Origin: Escherichia phage mobillu
Sequence record: MN850622.1
Length of the DNA stretch: 64,000 nucleotides
Strand: one strand, 5' to 3'
Numbering within the stretch: the first letter of the stretch is position 1; every line of letters starts with the position of its first letter. This document shows, in pieces, positions 1 to 10,939 of this stretch. Under the pieces are notes generated by a model. It was not told the origin of the DNA. It saw nothing but the letters and a program-made list of their open reading frames with translations, and ran no database searches. The translations under genes were made by a program, and so were the position numbers.

Positions 1-374
1 CCACAATTACTACCCATACCACCTGAAACACCAGCCATTCCTAAAAGGAAATCAGTGAACCATGGATAAGTTGCATTACCATCCATTGAAGTAATAGAGC
101 CAACATTTGTTCTTATAATTCTTGTTACGGCAAATACGTTAGAACCACGCATATCAAATACGCCGTGACGGTATTTTTCTTCGTCATCAACAAAAAATAC
201 ATGGAAACCTTTATTCAACCCGTCAAAATGGTATTCGCCATAAAGTTCTAACGCTCGTGAAATACAATCATAAATTTGGTCTGTAGTTAATTCAACATTT
301 ACAATAGGAGCGCCTAAACGACGTAATATTACGTCCTTTAATTCTTTAGGGTTTTGTGCATTATAACCTGACAT
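1..374 (-). CDS. 13: neck protein gp13, N-terminal part; gene runs off the window start
   Basis: Minus-strand ATG at 374; translation [52 protein letters not shown]... matches recalled T4 gp13; no stop before edge; position downstream of wac as in T4. Confidence 0.85.
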   Translation of the reverse strand, partial: MSGYNAQNPKELKDVILRRLGAPIVNVELTTDQIYDCISRALELYGEYHFDGLNKGFHVFFVDDEEKYRHGVFDMRGSNVFAVTRIIRTNVGSITSMDGNATYPWFTDFLLGMAGVSGGMGSNC

Positions 375-381
375 ATAAATC

Positions 382-404
382 CTTTAGGGCCCGAAGGCCC
401 TTTT
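382..404. other. GC-rich hairpin GGGCC-CGAA-GGCCC plus TTTT in wac-13 intergenic region
   Basis: Perfect inverted repeat with CGAA loop; T-run follows on plus strand, A-run precedes on minus strand, so orientation and function ambiguous. Confidence 0.4.
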
Positions 405-406
405 CA

Positions 407-1855
407 TTAAGCTGTAGGAAGTTCAACCCATGCACCATCTTTGCGAACATAGAATTTACCGTCTGAAGGAGCATCTTCAATATATCCAGCGTCCTTAAGA
501 GTTTGGATTTCAGCTTCTGCAGCGGCCAAATCAGTTTCAAGAGTAGCAATTCTAGAAGTTAAACCATTAATTGTCATATCATGACTTTTAACTGTAGGCA
601 ATATACCGCGTTCTTCAACAGTCGAACCATTTGGGTTGGTGCCATTTATAAGAGTATTTAATGTGTGTACAGAACCCTTAATTCCTGTGCTATTAGTCCC
701 AACATCAGTTTGAATGTTCTGAATGTCATTACTCATCCCACTGATAGTTCCTTCAAGCTCTCGAGTACGATAAAGCAAAGAGCCGTCTGGTTCCGGTTTC
801 CCACCTGAAGCGTCAACACCAACTACGTTATTTAACCATGACACATTAAAACGCAGTCCTGACGAAGAATCAGAGCCGACAACAGTGTTCAATGCTCCGA
901 TAGCATCAGTATTGAGTTTAATACGTCCTTGGATTGTAGTAGGCAAATCATCGGCGCCAATGGCAGTTTCTACTGTAGTCAAACGAGGTTTAATACCACC
1001 TGATTGATTGAGCTCAAGATTAATGTCGTTTATTGCTGAACTATTTGCATTAGTGGTAGTAATAATAGAAGTCGTATTAGGATACCCAATAGACTGTTTA
1101 ATGCCATCCAAGTCAGCATTTTGACGCGACAAAGTTAAATCAATACTGGAAAGACGACTAAACACCGGAGTAGTGAAAGAAGTACGAGGCCCCATTTCTT
1201 CGCGCAAGTGTTCGACTTCAATAGTTAAAGAGCCAACGTCAGAATCAGCAAATTTAGTTTCTAAATCAGTTAATCGAACACCGTGGTCAACAATTACGGA
1301 GCTATTAGTCATAATACGGCGTTTCATACCAGTGCTATCATTTCCTGGAGTAGGAACCCCATTAATATCTTGACCAGTATATTGTCCTAATTCATTTTTA
1401 ATCCAAAGCAGGTCGTTACGAACAGTTCTATAAACTGAATCTGTTTCCTGATTATAAACACCAATATCATCAGTATTCGCATCAATATGTTCATTCAAAT
1501 CGTTCAATTCACTAGCATGGGTTTGAACTGTGACTTTAATGACATCAATATCTTGGGTGTTCTGGCCTATCTGTGCAAGAGCATCAACATCCCCAGAAAC
1601 ATCTAAAATACCTTGAATAACTTTGATATCTTCATTGGCTGTATTCAAAGAAGATGCTATAGTTTTAATATTAACATCTAACGCTTCTACGTTACGTTGA
1701 ACTTCAACAATAGGACGGTTCATTACACCTTCAGAACCGTATTTTGTGTCAGCACCTGTTATTTCTTCATCGTTTTTAATCCATTCAATACGACTCTGAC
1801 CCGCGTCTGGCGGGCCGTCAACATATGGTAAATCTACCAGAGTTATATCAGCCAT
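407..1855 (-). CDS. wac: fibritin (whisker antigen control) with C-terminal foldon
   Basis: 482 aa; N-term [28 protein letters not shown] and C-term GYIEDAPSDGKFYVRKDGAWVELPTA match recalled T4 fibritin/foldon. Confidence 0.95.
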   Translation of the reverse strand: MADITLVDLPYVDGPPDAGQSRIEWIKNDEEITGADTKYGSEGVMNRPIVEVQRNVEALDVNIKTIASSLNTANEDIKVIQGILDVSGDVDALAQIGQNTQDIDVIKVTVQTHASELNDLNEHIDANTDDIGVYNQETDSVYRTVRNDLLWIKNELGQYTGQDINGVPTPGNDSTGMKRRIMTNSSVIVDHGVRLTDLETKFADSDVGSLTIEVEHLREEMGPRTSFTTPVFSRLSSIDLTLSRQNADLDGIKQSIGYPNTTSIITTTNANSSAINDINLELNQSGGIKPRLTTVETAIGADDLPTTIQGRIKLNTDAIGALNTVVGSDSSSGLRFNVSWLNNVVGVDASGGKPEPDGSLLYRTRELEGTISGMSNDIQNIQTDVGTNSTGIKGSVHTLNTLINGTNPNGSTVEERGILPTVKSHDMTINGLTSRIATLETDLAAAEAEIQTLKDAGYIEDAPSDGKFYVRKDGAWVELPTA

Positions 1856-3438
1856 TATTTTACCTTAATGATATAGTTTAAAGAAATATTCCATGGGCGA
1901 GTTTCATTTCCAATTAATTCTGGACGATTCATGGTATATTTAGAGTTACGCTGAGACGCTGGATCAATTTCATATCCTTCGTTAGTAAAATATGAACGGT
2001 TATCCCAGTCAAGTCCTTTACGAGTACCAACAAAGTTTGAACGACGAGTATTACCAAATGCACCGGAATCGTCATGTTCACCAAAACCGCCAGCATGCTT
2101 ATGATATGACATCTGTTGTTTTTGCACTTCACCAACATATCCACCGGTACAACCTACCGCCAGACGAGGTTTACCGAATTGGTCATTACCATTAACATTA
2201 GGGTTAGTTAAATGGTTACCACGACCCGAGCCGCGAACAAATAAACCGCGCATATCAGGCAAGCCTGGGTTAGAAGAACTACCACCATATCGTGTCCCAA
2301 TTCTAGAAGCATATACCGGACATTCTGAAGCAGAAACGGTCCCACCGTGACAGAAGCGCCAGTCAGAACTCGGTAAACTATCTGCAGCCCACATTGTAAT
2401 AGCGCCAACTGGAAGAATTCGGTCTAATTCATTTTGAGTCACAATACGATTGCCTTGAATATAACCACCGGTCATATTGACATTACCCGTTATATTAGCT
2501 CCACCAGAACCAACCGTCAACGTATTATTAATGCGAAGCGTGCCATTAATAGTTTGTCCACCTCGTTGGTGGATAACATCAGCATTCCAAGCAAGGGCAG
2601 AAGAACCATCACCACCTGATTGGCTACCAGCTTGTGTAGTTAAACGAACAACTCCACGTAAAGAAGTTGTAGCCCCTCGCCCGTTTAATGTTGCGCCGGT
2701 CACTACAACTGAAGAGTTGTTACTATTTACTTCAGTCTGTGTCCCTAGTTTAACGACACCTTTATTAGTTTCTGATGCTACTGAATTCATAAAGGTATAA
2801 GGTGAAATTGCATAGCCTTCACGCAGGGTGCCTTGTTGTGCTTGAGCAACTGTAGCCAAACGAACAACACCGGTAATAGATTCGGTGGCGTCACCATTAT
2901 TTGGAGCAATTTGTGAAATAAGTTTAATTGCTAATTGTTGTGTTTTTAACGGGGTCATTGCCGTTGTATCGTCAGAACCAGCTAATGCCGCAGCAGAAGT
3001 TGAAATTTTAATTACACCATTTGTTGCTTCTGTTGATACTTTTGTCTGGAATACATTGTCTATTTTTTGATTCAATTTAAGCGGAGTAATTGATGCATCG
3101 TCAATAGTTCCTGTTACTGCTTCATCTTCAGTAGCATAACGAGTTAAGCCATATTGAGTTTCGGTTGCATTAGGATATTGTAGACGAGCATTCAGTGTTG
3201 CCGGAGTAACAGCTTTACTATTATCTAATCCATCAATAACTTCTTGTGGAGTAGCTATTTGAATAATTCCTGGTGTAGTAGTTGTTGCTTCCGGTACACC
3301 ATTAACACCTGAAGGAGAAATAGCAGCTAATGCGGCTTGGACATTAGTGACTGTATCTGGAAAATTCGACCCCGTAGGGTCGAATTCAACGTAAATGGAT
3401 TCGTTTGAAACGTGTTGGTATGTATTGTTATTACTCAT
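1855..3438 (-). CDS. 12: short tail fibre protein gp12
   Basis: 527 aa, near-identical over long stretches to recalled T4 gp12 (e.g. [28 protein letters not shown]...[11 protein letters not shown]). Confidence 0.95.
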   Translation of the reverse strand: MSNNNTYQHVSNESIYVEFDPTGSNFPDTVTNVQAALAAISPSGVNGVPEATTTTPGIIQIATPQEVIDGLDNSKAVTPATLNARLQYPNATETQYGLTRYATEDEAVTGTIDDASITPLKLNQKIDNVFQTKVSTEATNGVIKISTSAAALAGSDDTTAMTPLKTQQLAIKLISQIAPNNGDATESITGVVRLATVAQAQQGTLREGYAISPYTFMNSVASETNKGVVKLGTQTEVNSNNSSVVVTGATLNGRGATTSLRGVVRLTTQAGSQSGGDGSSALAWNADVIHQRGGQTINGTLRINNTLTVGSGGANITGNVNMTGGYIQGNRIVTQNELDRILPVGAITMWAADSLPSSDWRFCHGGTVSASECPVYASRIGTRYGGSSSNPGLPDMRGLFVRGSGRGNHLTNPNVNGNDQFGKPRLAVGCTGGYVGEVQKQQMSYHKHAGGFGEHDDSGAFGNTRRSNFVGTRKGLDWDNRSYFTNEGYEIDPASQRNSKYTMNRPELIGNETRPWNISLNYIIKVK

Positions 3439-4094
3439 GAGGCTCTCACAAAGTGGTAGAAAACGGTAGGAGTATCATGGTTATCAAGAGTAACCGTTTG
3501 GGCACCCAATAAATTCCATGTTCCGTATCCGGATTTTGCTTCAGACAAAATTTCTTGCGAAATTGTTACACCAAACGAAGCATATGTTGGCAACACATGA
3601 CGTTGGTTATCTAAATATGTCACCTGAAGTTTATTACCTTCAGACGGATGGTCTTTATAAGAAGAAATAGCAATTTGATTAGCAATGGCTTCTTGTAAAG
3701 CTATACGAACTTGTGCCGTTAATTCGTTATCAGTCATACCGATTGTTGCTTTAACAGCAAGTCCAAATACGTTAATAACGACCGGCGTTCCATGGGCCAA
3801 AGTATCGTCGAGAACATCACCAGAAAAAGTCCAATAATCAACTTGTGCTGTACCTTCAGGCGATACGCCTGAAGTGTTTGTGACAACAGTACCAATATCA
3901 GCTCGTGCCATATTATGGACATCATTTATTGCAGATTCTACGTTAGCATCATAAAAACCGCGAGCTAACTGAGAAATAGTCACGGAACCTACAGCTTGGT
4001 TGTTTAAAACATCAATTTGAGCTGGATTTTTTCTGTAATTCAAAAAATCAGCATGACGGGAAATAACTCCCGCCTTTGTATTAAGTACAGTCAT
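3435..4094 (-). CDS. 11: baseplate wedge protein gp11
   Basis: Track ORF 3435..4112 begins at a non-ATG codon; internal ATG gives [13 protein letters not shown]..., 219 aa, matching T4 gp11; start overlaps gene 10 stop. Confidence 0.9.
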   Translation of the reverse strand: MTVLNTKAGVISRHADFLNYRKNPAQIDVLNNQAVGSVTISQLARGFYDANVESAINDVHNMARADIGTVVTNTSGVSPEGTAQVDYWTFSGDVLDDTLAHGTPVVINVFGLAVKATIGMTDNELTAQVRIALQEAIANQIAISSYKDHPSEGNKLQVTYLDNQRHVLPTYASFGVTISQEILSEAKSGYGTWNLLGAQTVTLDNHDTPTVFYHFVRAS

Positions 4095-5899
4095 TATGCA
4101 ATCCTTACCCAACGGTATACAGTTATAGATGGCTGAATATTAGTTATAGAACGCGCTGGAACATGAGATCCATTAGTCTTTGCATGGTCTTCACGATATT
4201 TAGTGTAAATAGGACCTTCTTCATCCGGGTCATATTGGCAACCGCCTATAATTACTGTACCATTATCATCAGAAATAAGAACCTTTTCATCGGTTTGTGT
4301 AGCTGGTAAATCAGCATTTTCTAATGTGATGGTTGTTACACCAACGGTACCACCTGCGGTATGAGTAGGGTTACCATTGACGTCAAGGTCATTATTATTT
4401 AATGCAAAATTAGGATCCGACGCGTCGTCATTCCAACCTGCTAATACTTTGCCTTGTCCCCAAATTTTCCACGAACCAAAACCTAAATAAGTGGCCGGAT
4501 TATTAGGGTTAACCGCATTTTCGTAAATAGTCCCGACAGGATAAATTGTATCAAATATTGCTGAGATAGTCGAGAATTCACGTTCATACTTAGGAACAGG
4601 TTCTACATTAGGCCATCCAATTTTATCGAAATCGGTTAATGCAACGTCACCAGTAATTTCAATGTTAGACCCTTGAGAAACATATTTCTCATCAGCGACA
4701 TCAAGGATTTCTTCCATTTCAAGAAGAGTTCCTAAATCGTTATTAAACCATGTGATGGTAATAATGTCTTGGTCTTCAAATTGGCGGTCAAACAGAATTG
4801 CGCTAGGGATATTATCAGTATATTCAATCGCATAATCTGTATACGATTGAGTCCATGTCCCACCGAGATTAGCGCATGACTCTTCAGAATCAGCATCCAC
4901 ACCTTCACAGCGGAAAATAGGAGTTCCAACAGTACCAGCTAATTCTTGGAGAATACCATTGAAGCGAACTTCTAATGAATTCGGGTTAGGTGGTTCTGTA
5001 GGATTAATACCAAATGCTGTAAATGGAATAGACCTGAATGTACTCAAATCAGTGACGTAAATACTTCCATCAATAGACTTTTTAGCAGTTAATTTACTAT
5101 CTAAAATGCGAACTTGGCGACGAGTATATGAACTACGCCACTGAGAAACACCATCTAGGAATGTCTCAATTTGTACAGTGTCCCCAACATTACATGGTTG
5201 GCGTAATCTAATATTAAATCCATCAAGTGCAACCAGTTCACCAGGATTAGCGCCTGGAGAACCAAAATCGCTATTATCACTGAATACATCACCATAATAC
5301 AATTCGTTGCCACGATGTTTTACGCGAATATTGTTAACGTTATAAGAGGTACCGTTAAAAACATCCATGAAATCGGTCTGACCTTGGGTTTCAACCAGAT
5401 ATTCTCTACGAGCAACATTACTAATGTCAGAGCTAACTATTTTATCAATTTGTTTGTTCTTGATGTATTCCCAACGACCAGGAGCACAATAAACTAATTC
5501 TAAATCAGAGAACTGAACGTTAATTTCTACCGGAGATGAAGAACCTTTAATCGTGTCCCCGTTTGCCGGAATTAAAGTAACAGGGTTAATGTTCCAAGTT
5601 GCAAATACGTCACGAGCACGAATAACTTTATTATAGTCTGCAATTGTACCTTTAGGAAGATTTACCGAAACTCGCCCAGAAGTAGTATTAATTGCATAAG
5701 ATTTACCCCAAGCGGCCTTAAGATTAAGACCATCAGCCGCATCATAAGTCTTCCATGCGCCAGCGGCATAAGGAACTTCACCATCACCTAATTCATAATA
5801 GATTTCGTCAAAGTTCTCATTTATTTTTTCACCACCTCGACGAAGGTAATCGCCTTGTCCGTCATCAACGACGTTACCAATTTTAATATTTTGTTTCAT
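4094..5899 (-). CDS. 10: baseplate wedge protein gp10
   Basis: 601 aa; [23 protein letters not shown]... matches recalled T4 gp10; synteny. Confidence 0.95.
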   Translation of the reverse strand: MKQNIKIGNVVDDGQGDYLRRGGEKINENFDEIYYELGDGEVPYAAGAWKTYDAADGLNLKAAWGKSYAINTTSGRVSVNLPKGTIADYNKVIRARDVFATWNINPVTLIPANGDTIKGSSSPVEINVQFSDLELVYCAPGRWEYIKNKQIDKIVSSDISNVARREYLVETQGQTDFMDVFNGTSYNVNNIRVKHRGNELYYGDVFSDNSDFGSPGANPGELVALDGFNIRLRQPCNVGDTVQIETFLDGVSQWRSSYTRRQVRILDSKLTAKKSIDGSIYVTDLSTFRSIPFTAFGINPTEPPNPNSLEVRFNGILQELAGTVGTPIFRCEGVDADSEESCANLGGTWTQSYTDYAIEYTDNIPSAILFDRQFEDQDIITITWFNNDLGTLLEMEEILDVADEKYVSQGSNIEITGDVALTDFDKIGWPNVEPVPKYEREFSTISAIFDTIYPVGTIYENAVNPNNPATYLGFGSWKIWGQGKVLAGWNDDASDPNFALNNNDLDVNGNPTHTAGGTVGVTTITLENADLPATQTDEKVLISDDNGTVIIGGCQYDPDEEGPIYTKYREDHAKTNGSHVPARSITNIQPSITVYRWVRIA

Positions 5900-6771
5900 T
5901 ATTGAGCGACCCCAATTTTCTGAGTTGAGATAATTTTAACTGCTGAACGTAATCCAATAATATCGGATGTAATCGTCATAGTAGCAAAGTTGTTAATAAT
6001 ACTAAAGCTAATATTAGCAATCTCGTCGGTTTCATCTACATTACCAACTCGCATTACTGCAAATTCGGTAGAAAGAACTTCTGAGTTAATTGTATCTATT
6101 AGAATATTTATTTCGCATGTTTTTATTTTTCTACCGTCGGCGGATTGACATGTAACAAGCAATTTAGCCATATTATAATCTGTGCGATAAAACAGAGGAA
6201 TAGAAACTGTGTTTCCTGTAAGACTCCAAGTCCCATCGACAGGAGATTCTTTCTGCCCAAACATGCTATCAGTAGAATAATTCCATACTGAAGTTGGCCC
6301 ATTAAGTTCAATACAACGAAGAACAACATGGGTATAAGGGGTGGAAATAACAAGATTATTAAGAACACCTTTAATTGAACCATCAGTTACTTGGATACTT
6401 AAAGGATTGTTAACAGAAATAGACCCATTAGAGTTTATGAATTCTACAGAGTCACCTAATTCAGGGCGGTCAATAATAACAATCACACCGCCATCAGAAG
6501 CATCAATATCATGCATAGTGCCTGGTTTAATAGGAGTTTGATAATCGATCGCCTTTCCTTTTTGATAATAACCTGTGGCATGAATAGTTTGACCTGTAGG
6601 TCCGGTTCCATCTGCTACGGCCATTTTACGTTGATCGCCAAATGCATTGTAAATAGCGTTGATATCGTCATTTATTTTATTACCACCGTCGAATAAGATA
6701 TCACCTGTTGAGGCATTACCAATTTCGCCGGTATCGATTAATTGTTTAGGAGTTTGCTTAAAAAATGCCAT
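5899..6771 (-). CDS. 9: baseplate wedge / long-tail-fibre socket protein gp9
   Basis: 290 aa ORF between genes 8 and 10; size and position as T4 gp9. Confidence 0.88.
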   Translation of the reverse strand: MAFFKQTPKQLIDTGEIGNASTGDILFDGGNKINDDINAIYNAFGDQRKMAVADGTGPTGQTIHATGYYQKGKAIDYQTPIKPGTMHDIDASDGGVIVIIDRPELGDSVEFINSNGSISVNNPLSIQVTDGSIKGVLNNLVISTPYTHVVLRCIELNGPTSVWNYSTDSMFGQKESPVDGTWSLTGNTVSIPLFYRTDYNMAKLLVTCQSADGRKIKTCEINILIDTINSEVLSTEFAVMRVGNVDETDEIANISFSIINNFATMTITSDIIGLRSAVKIISTQKIGVAQ

Positions 6772-6803
6772 AATTCTGCCTTTTGTTGTCCGATATTATA
6801 TTC

Positions 6804-6811
6804 TATTTATA
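6804..6811 (-). promoter_or_regulatory. T4 late promoter box TATAAATA upstream of gene 9
   Basis: Plus-strand TATTTATA is TATAAATA on the minus strand, about 30 nt upstream of the gene 9 ATG. Confidence 0.6.
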
Positions 6812-6813
6812 GA

Positions 6814-6840
6814 TACAAAAATGGGAGCCCGAAGGCTCCC
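6814..6840 (-). terminator. intrinsic terminator after gene 8
   Basis: Hairpin GGGAGCC-(CGAA loop)-GGCTCCC followed by T-run on minus strand. Confidence 0.6.
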
Positions 6841-6843
6841 TAA

Positions 6844-7848
6844 TTAAAACATAAACAAAATGTTAATTTCTTCTGTTTGGTCCATTGCCATAATAACAGG
6901 TGGTCGGTTTTCCATATAAATCATTTCACCAGAATGACGTTGCAGGTCTCTAGGGTCGTAATAATCCTTTTCTGCTTTAACATTAGGGTCATTTGGATTT
7001 TTCTTAGCTTCTAATGGGTTTGCGATAATTGATATCTGTCTAAAACCCTTGTTACCAGGCAAAGCTGCCTCAGGGAAATAAACAGAATCAAAATATGCTT
7101 TAAACCGCATCGTATTAGCTTTAACACGGTAAATCAAACCGTAGTCATCTTGTTGCCAAGTTAAGTTATTTTCATATCCCCAACGGGTGGGGTCTTCTTT
7201 AATTTCTTCCGGCCATGGAACTACAAGATATTCGTTAGTGCAACGGTTAATTGACACATCGGCAGGAATCTCATAAAGATATTCCCAAATATATCCATCA
7301 CCGGTTTCGATAACCCCATTAGCATCGCCTCTGCCTTCAGGAGGAGACATAGAACGAACAGACGGAGTCCATTTACCACCTAATTTAAGACATTCATCTT
7401 TATTATCTAAAGATTCTATTGAACAGAGCCCTACGTCAGGGACATCTAAACAACGGTAAATTAACCAACCGGCCCCAACTTCTGTCGCGTTGTACGGAGC
7501 AGTATTACATGCGACTATATCGTTAATTCTAAACGTGTAAGGGTCCGGATATCGCACATCTCCCCAATCACGTCTAGGAATAACAGAATCTAACATTGAA
7601 GGTAAAACTTTAACGGTACCCATCATATGGGTCCACATATCAGTAACACCAAGAACAGAATCTGTAGGATAAGGTGGGGCGAAGCCCACCTCATTTTCAT
7701 TTGACGCCCAAGGCTCTGAACGTCCAAACGTAATATAAATGGAGTTCTTATCATCTCCATCCCCAACTGAATTATAAAAATTCAGCATTTTCTCTGTTCT
7801 AAATTTTGATGTAACTATTGCACGATAGATAACACTTGAATCATTCAT
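6844..7848 (-). CDS. 8: baseplate wedge protein gp8
   Basis: 334 aa; MNDSSVIYRAIVTSKFRTEKMLNFYNS... matches recalled T4 gp8. Confidence 0.95.
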   Translation of the reverse strand: MNDSSVIYRAIVTSKFRTEKMLNFYNSVGDGDDKNSIYITFGRSEPWASNENEVGFAPPYPTDSVLGVTDMWTHMMGTVKVLPSMLDSVIPRRDWGDVRYPDPYTFRINDIVACNTAPYNATEVGAGWLIYRCLDVPDVGLCSIESLDNKDECLKLGGKWTPSVRSMSPPEGRGDANGVIETGDGYIWEYLYEIPADVSINRCTNEYLVVPWPEEIKEDPTRWGYENNLTWQQDDYGLIYRVKANTMRFKAYFDSVYFPEAALPGNKGFRQISIIANPLEAKKNPNDPNVKAEKDYYDPRDLQRHSGEMIYMENRPPVIMAMDQTEEINILFMF

Positions 7849-10800
7849 CTAATTTAACCTGTGGTGGATTCACGGGGTCTCTTGGATTTCCTACATTATC
7901 GATTAACCGTTGTTCAACCAAATCTCTAAATCTAGAGAATGTTGTTCCGGACGCATCAAATAATGGGCTCATCAGTTTACGTCGTTCCGATGGAAGTTGA
8001 CCTTGAAATATGGAGTTATTGTTTTCAGCGTTATAATCTTCAGGCAATGGATAATCTTGACCAGCCATAGGGCCTATTTCATATATCGCTTTACCTGTAA
8101 TAGGGTCAAACTCAACATTTCCTTGTGGGTCTAATTTAGCCACTCGGTCTGCATATTTAGTCGGTAATCCAGAATCCCACTTATAGTTTTTGTATTTATT
8201 AATAATGGTTTCAACATGTTTAAGTGTTAATCCGGTGTTAATAAACATTGTGAGAAGGGTAATTGCGATAAATCCAAATCCAACCGGATGAACAAAACGT
8301 AATACGTCTGATTTCCAACGAGATGATGGAAGTTTAGATTTAATCTTCATTACGTAGTATGCTCTACCACGATTTATGTAATCGATGTTGTTCTGAGAAA
8401 GCTCTTTACCTTTAATACCACGAACAATTTCACCTTCAAAACCAGGGAGTCTTTCAGCTTTAACTTCCTGTCCTTGGATTAAACGTCCTAAGAGGTTGTG
8501 AATTGTTACAGTCCATTGTAATTTACCTTTAGAGTAACTTCTCTCGATATACGTCACATTACAACGTCCTGTCGCGGTGTATATGGTTTGTCCGACCAAA
8601 TCTTCTGTCAACGAATCAGATTCAATGATGATATCATATTCGGTCCCGGAACTAGATTCAATTTCAATTTCAACATCTTCGTTATAAAGCACTTTAAACA
8701 AGAATTTATATGACGCTTCGGTTCCTTTAGTTGAATAGAAGTCATAACTTCTTGATTCAAAGAAACGAGACACTAAATCGCGTTTTTCGGCGTTTAAGTA
8801 AATGTTTCGTTTATAAATCTCGGACCATAAATATTCCCACGCATGTTCTTCTCGCGGATATTGATTTTTAATAAGATTTAAAAGGTTGTTATAATGGGTC
8901 CCATAACCGTCAGAAAGATACTGAATATAAGCCTCGCAGAATGCTTCGAAGTTTGTATTATCTAAAAGATAAGACTCCGGCATCATTGTAGTGAGCAATG
9001 GTCGTAAATCTGGGTCTGCAATACCGTTCTCTTCTACAGGAGTCCATGTGGTATCTTTTTCTTGGTTTTGTAACGATGCTGTTAAGAATATATTAGTAGG
9101 CTTCCAAATTATAGAAACATTATCTCTAACACGATAACTAAAATCATAATAAGAAATAATCTCACCCGATGCTTTATAGAAAATCATGCCGGATGCATAT
9201 TTTTTAAATCCGGTGAAATCTACGTTAGGCATCACTATTGTACAGTCACCGTCCTTCCAATATTCATGAACTTCACGGTCTGAAGAACTAAGTGGATGAT
9301 TCTCAATAACCTTAGTGTAAAGTAAATCAGAATAAATTACAACGGCCTTGTCCGAGTTATTAATCCAACAACGAGTACCAGACTTTCTAGAATAACTAAA
9401 GAATGGCTCAGCATAGTATTCCATTGGTTGTGGAGTGAACGATTCCCATTGAGAGTCTTCAGTTGAAATAAATGACATCATATGATAATGTTTATCAGCC
9501 AACCATTCGCGAGGATACTCATATTTAACAGCACCGATTAAACCGTACTTGACTTGTGTTTTTGGGTCATCAACAATATCCGATTCTAGAAATTTAAAAT
9601 TACTAGATGAAATAGATAACTCAACACCATCAGTAGACATACTGGTGTACCCAGGTTCAATACGACGGCGTTCTTCTTCAGTATTACCAAACACACGTTT
9701 AAATGTGCCAGCATCATGGTCTAGAACGTAAACGCCCTTATCAGCAGAATCAACAATAGGAGTGGTCCTCGGGTCGTCATTAAGATTAACAACTTCGCCG
9801 ATAATCAGTGCAAATATTTTACCGCCAACAGAATCCATTTTATAGCAAACTGCCTTAGGGTTACCTGTGATGTTAAATGTTTCTTGTTCAAACAAACGTT
9901 CGGAATATGTCGGAGATAACGGGTCTGAATCAATAGGGGCATTACTAGTTTTAATAAAACGAACTTTATCTCGAGCAGCAACGTATACATAATCGTCGTT
10001 GCAAACGATAGCTTCTGCAATACGTGATACGTTAGCAGGTAATGATGCGTAGTTACCAAATATTTCTACATCAAATCCTAAATTTAACTGGTCACCAATT
10101 TTAGCAAATGTTATATCTTGAGAACTAAATCTCACATCATCAGCAGACCAACGAACGTCAGTTGATTTACGGCCGTAAAATAATTTATCATACCCAAGAA
10201 CATACGTGGTATAACCTGTCTGGTAATACACTGTTCTTGATACAGGGTACCCTACACGGTCATTAAACAATTTAACCGATTTCCAGGTTTGTCCCTTATC
10301 ATTAGAGACTTTAACCACAGGCTGATATCGTTCAAACAAATAAAGAATTCCTTCGGATTCCATCAAATAAACACGGTTTATATCATGACATACCTGTTGA
10401 ATCGAACCTTGAATTTCATGATACTCATTTTCGCCAATAATGAAATTTTTAATAGATGAAATATCCGCATAAGCAGGGCTAAATTGGAACGATTCATTCA
10501 TTAGAGCTGCCATTATAGTGTCGTTATTAAAATCGACATAAGACATGTTGTTATTTGTAAATTTTTCTCTAATAAAAGTGTTAGCCAATTGCATTTCAAT
10601 CATATGTTGAAATGTATACGCGTTAGTCTGAAATGATTCAAATATTTCGGTATATACCCAATCAGATCTCTCGAAGCCTTCGGCGGCAGTTGATACACGA
10701 ATAATATAAGAAGTTAATGGGTCTAAGCTACTTTCGAACCAGTTGCTATTAGGAGTATATCCTAAATTTATCCATCTGTAGCTGGCAGGTGGAATTATTT

Positions 10801-10939
10801 CCCCGTCTGCCGTTTTAGTCTCAGCGATTTCTACGAAATAGTAGAAATTAGCACCAACGTCATCCCAGCGTATTTGAACTTGGTTAGCGGACAACTTGGA
10901 TATTCTGAGACTTGTGACTGCTGGCGCTTTTACTGTCAT
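7841..10939 (-). CDS. 7: baseplate wedge initiator gp7
   Basis: 1032 aa, same length as T4 gp7; position between 6 and 8. Confidence 0.93.
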   Translation of the reverse strand: MTVKAPAVTSLRISKLSANQVQIRWDDVGANFYYFVEIAETKTADGEIIPPASYRWINLGYTPNSNWFESSLDPLTSYIIRVSTAAEGFERSDWVYTEIFESFQTNAYTFQHMIEMQLANTFIREKFTNNNMSYVDFNNDTIMAALMNESFQFSPAYADISSIKNFIIGENEYHEIQGSIQQVCHDINRVYLMESEGILYLFERYQPVVKVSNDKGQTWKSVKLFNDRVGYPVSRTVYYQTGYTTYVLGYDKLFYGRKSTDVRWSADDVRFSSQDITFAKIGDQLNLGFDVEIFGNYASLPANVSRIAEAIVCNDDYVYVAARDKVRFIKTSNAPIDSDPLSPTYSERLFEQETFNITGNPKAVCYKMDSVGGKIFALIIGEVVNLNDDPRTTPIVDSADKGVYVLDHDAGTFKRVFGNTEEERRRIEPGYTSMSTDGVELSISSSNFKFLESDIVDDPKTQVKYGLIGAVKYEYPREWLADKHYHMMSFISTEDSQWESFTPQPMEYYAEPFFSYSRKSGTRCWINNSDKAVVIYSDLLYTKVIENHPLSSSDREVHEYWKDGDCTIVMPNVDFTGFKKYASGMIFYKASGEIISYYDFSYRVRDNVSIIWKPTNIFLTASLQNQEKDTTWTPVEENGIADPDLRPLLTTMMPESYLLDNTNFEAFCEAYIQYLSDGYGTHYNNLLNLIKNQYPREEHAWEYLWSEIYKRNIYLNAEKRDLVSRFFESRSYDFYSTKGTEASYKFLFKVLYNEDVEIEIESSSGTEYDIIIESDSLTEDLVGQTIYTATGRCNVTYIERSYSKGKLQWTVTIHNLLGRLIQGQEVKAERLPGFEGEIVRGIKGKELSQNNIDYINRGRAYYVMKIKSKLPSSRWKSDVLRFVHPVGFGFIAITLLTMFINTGLTLKHVETIINKYKNYKWDSGLPTKYADRVAKLDPQGNVEFDPITGKAIYEIGPMAGQDYPLPEDYNAENNNSIFQGQLPSERRKLMSPLFDASGTTFSRFRDLVEQRLIDNVGNPRDPVNPPQVKLDE

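Noticed and set aside
382-404. wac-13 intergenic hairpin considered as a terminator of minus-strand late transcription
   Set aside because: The T-run follows the hairpin only on the plus strand, where no gene is visible in the window; function left open rather than called a terminator.
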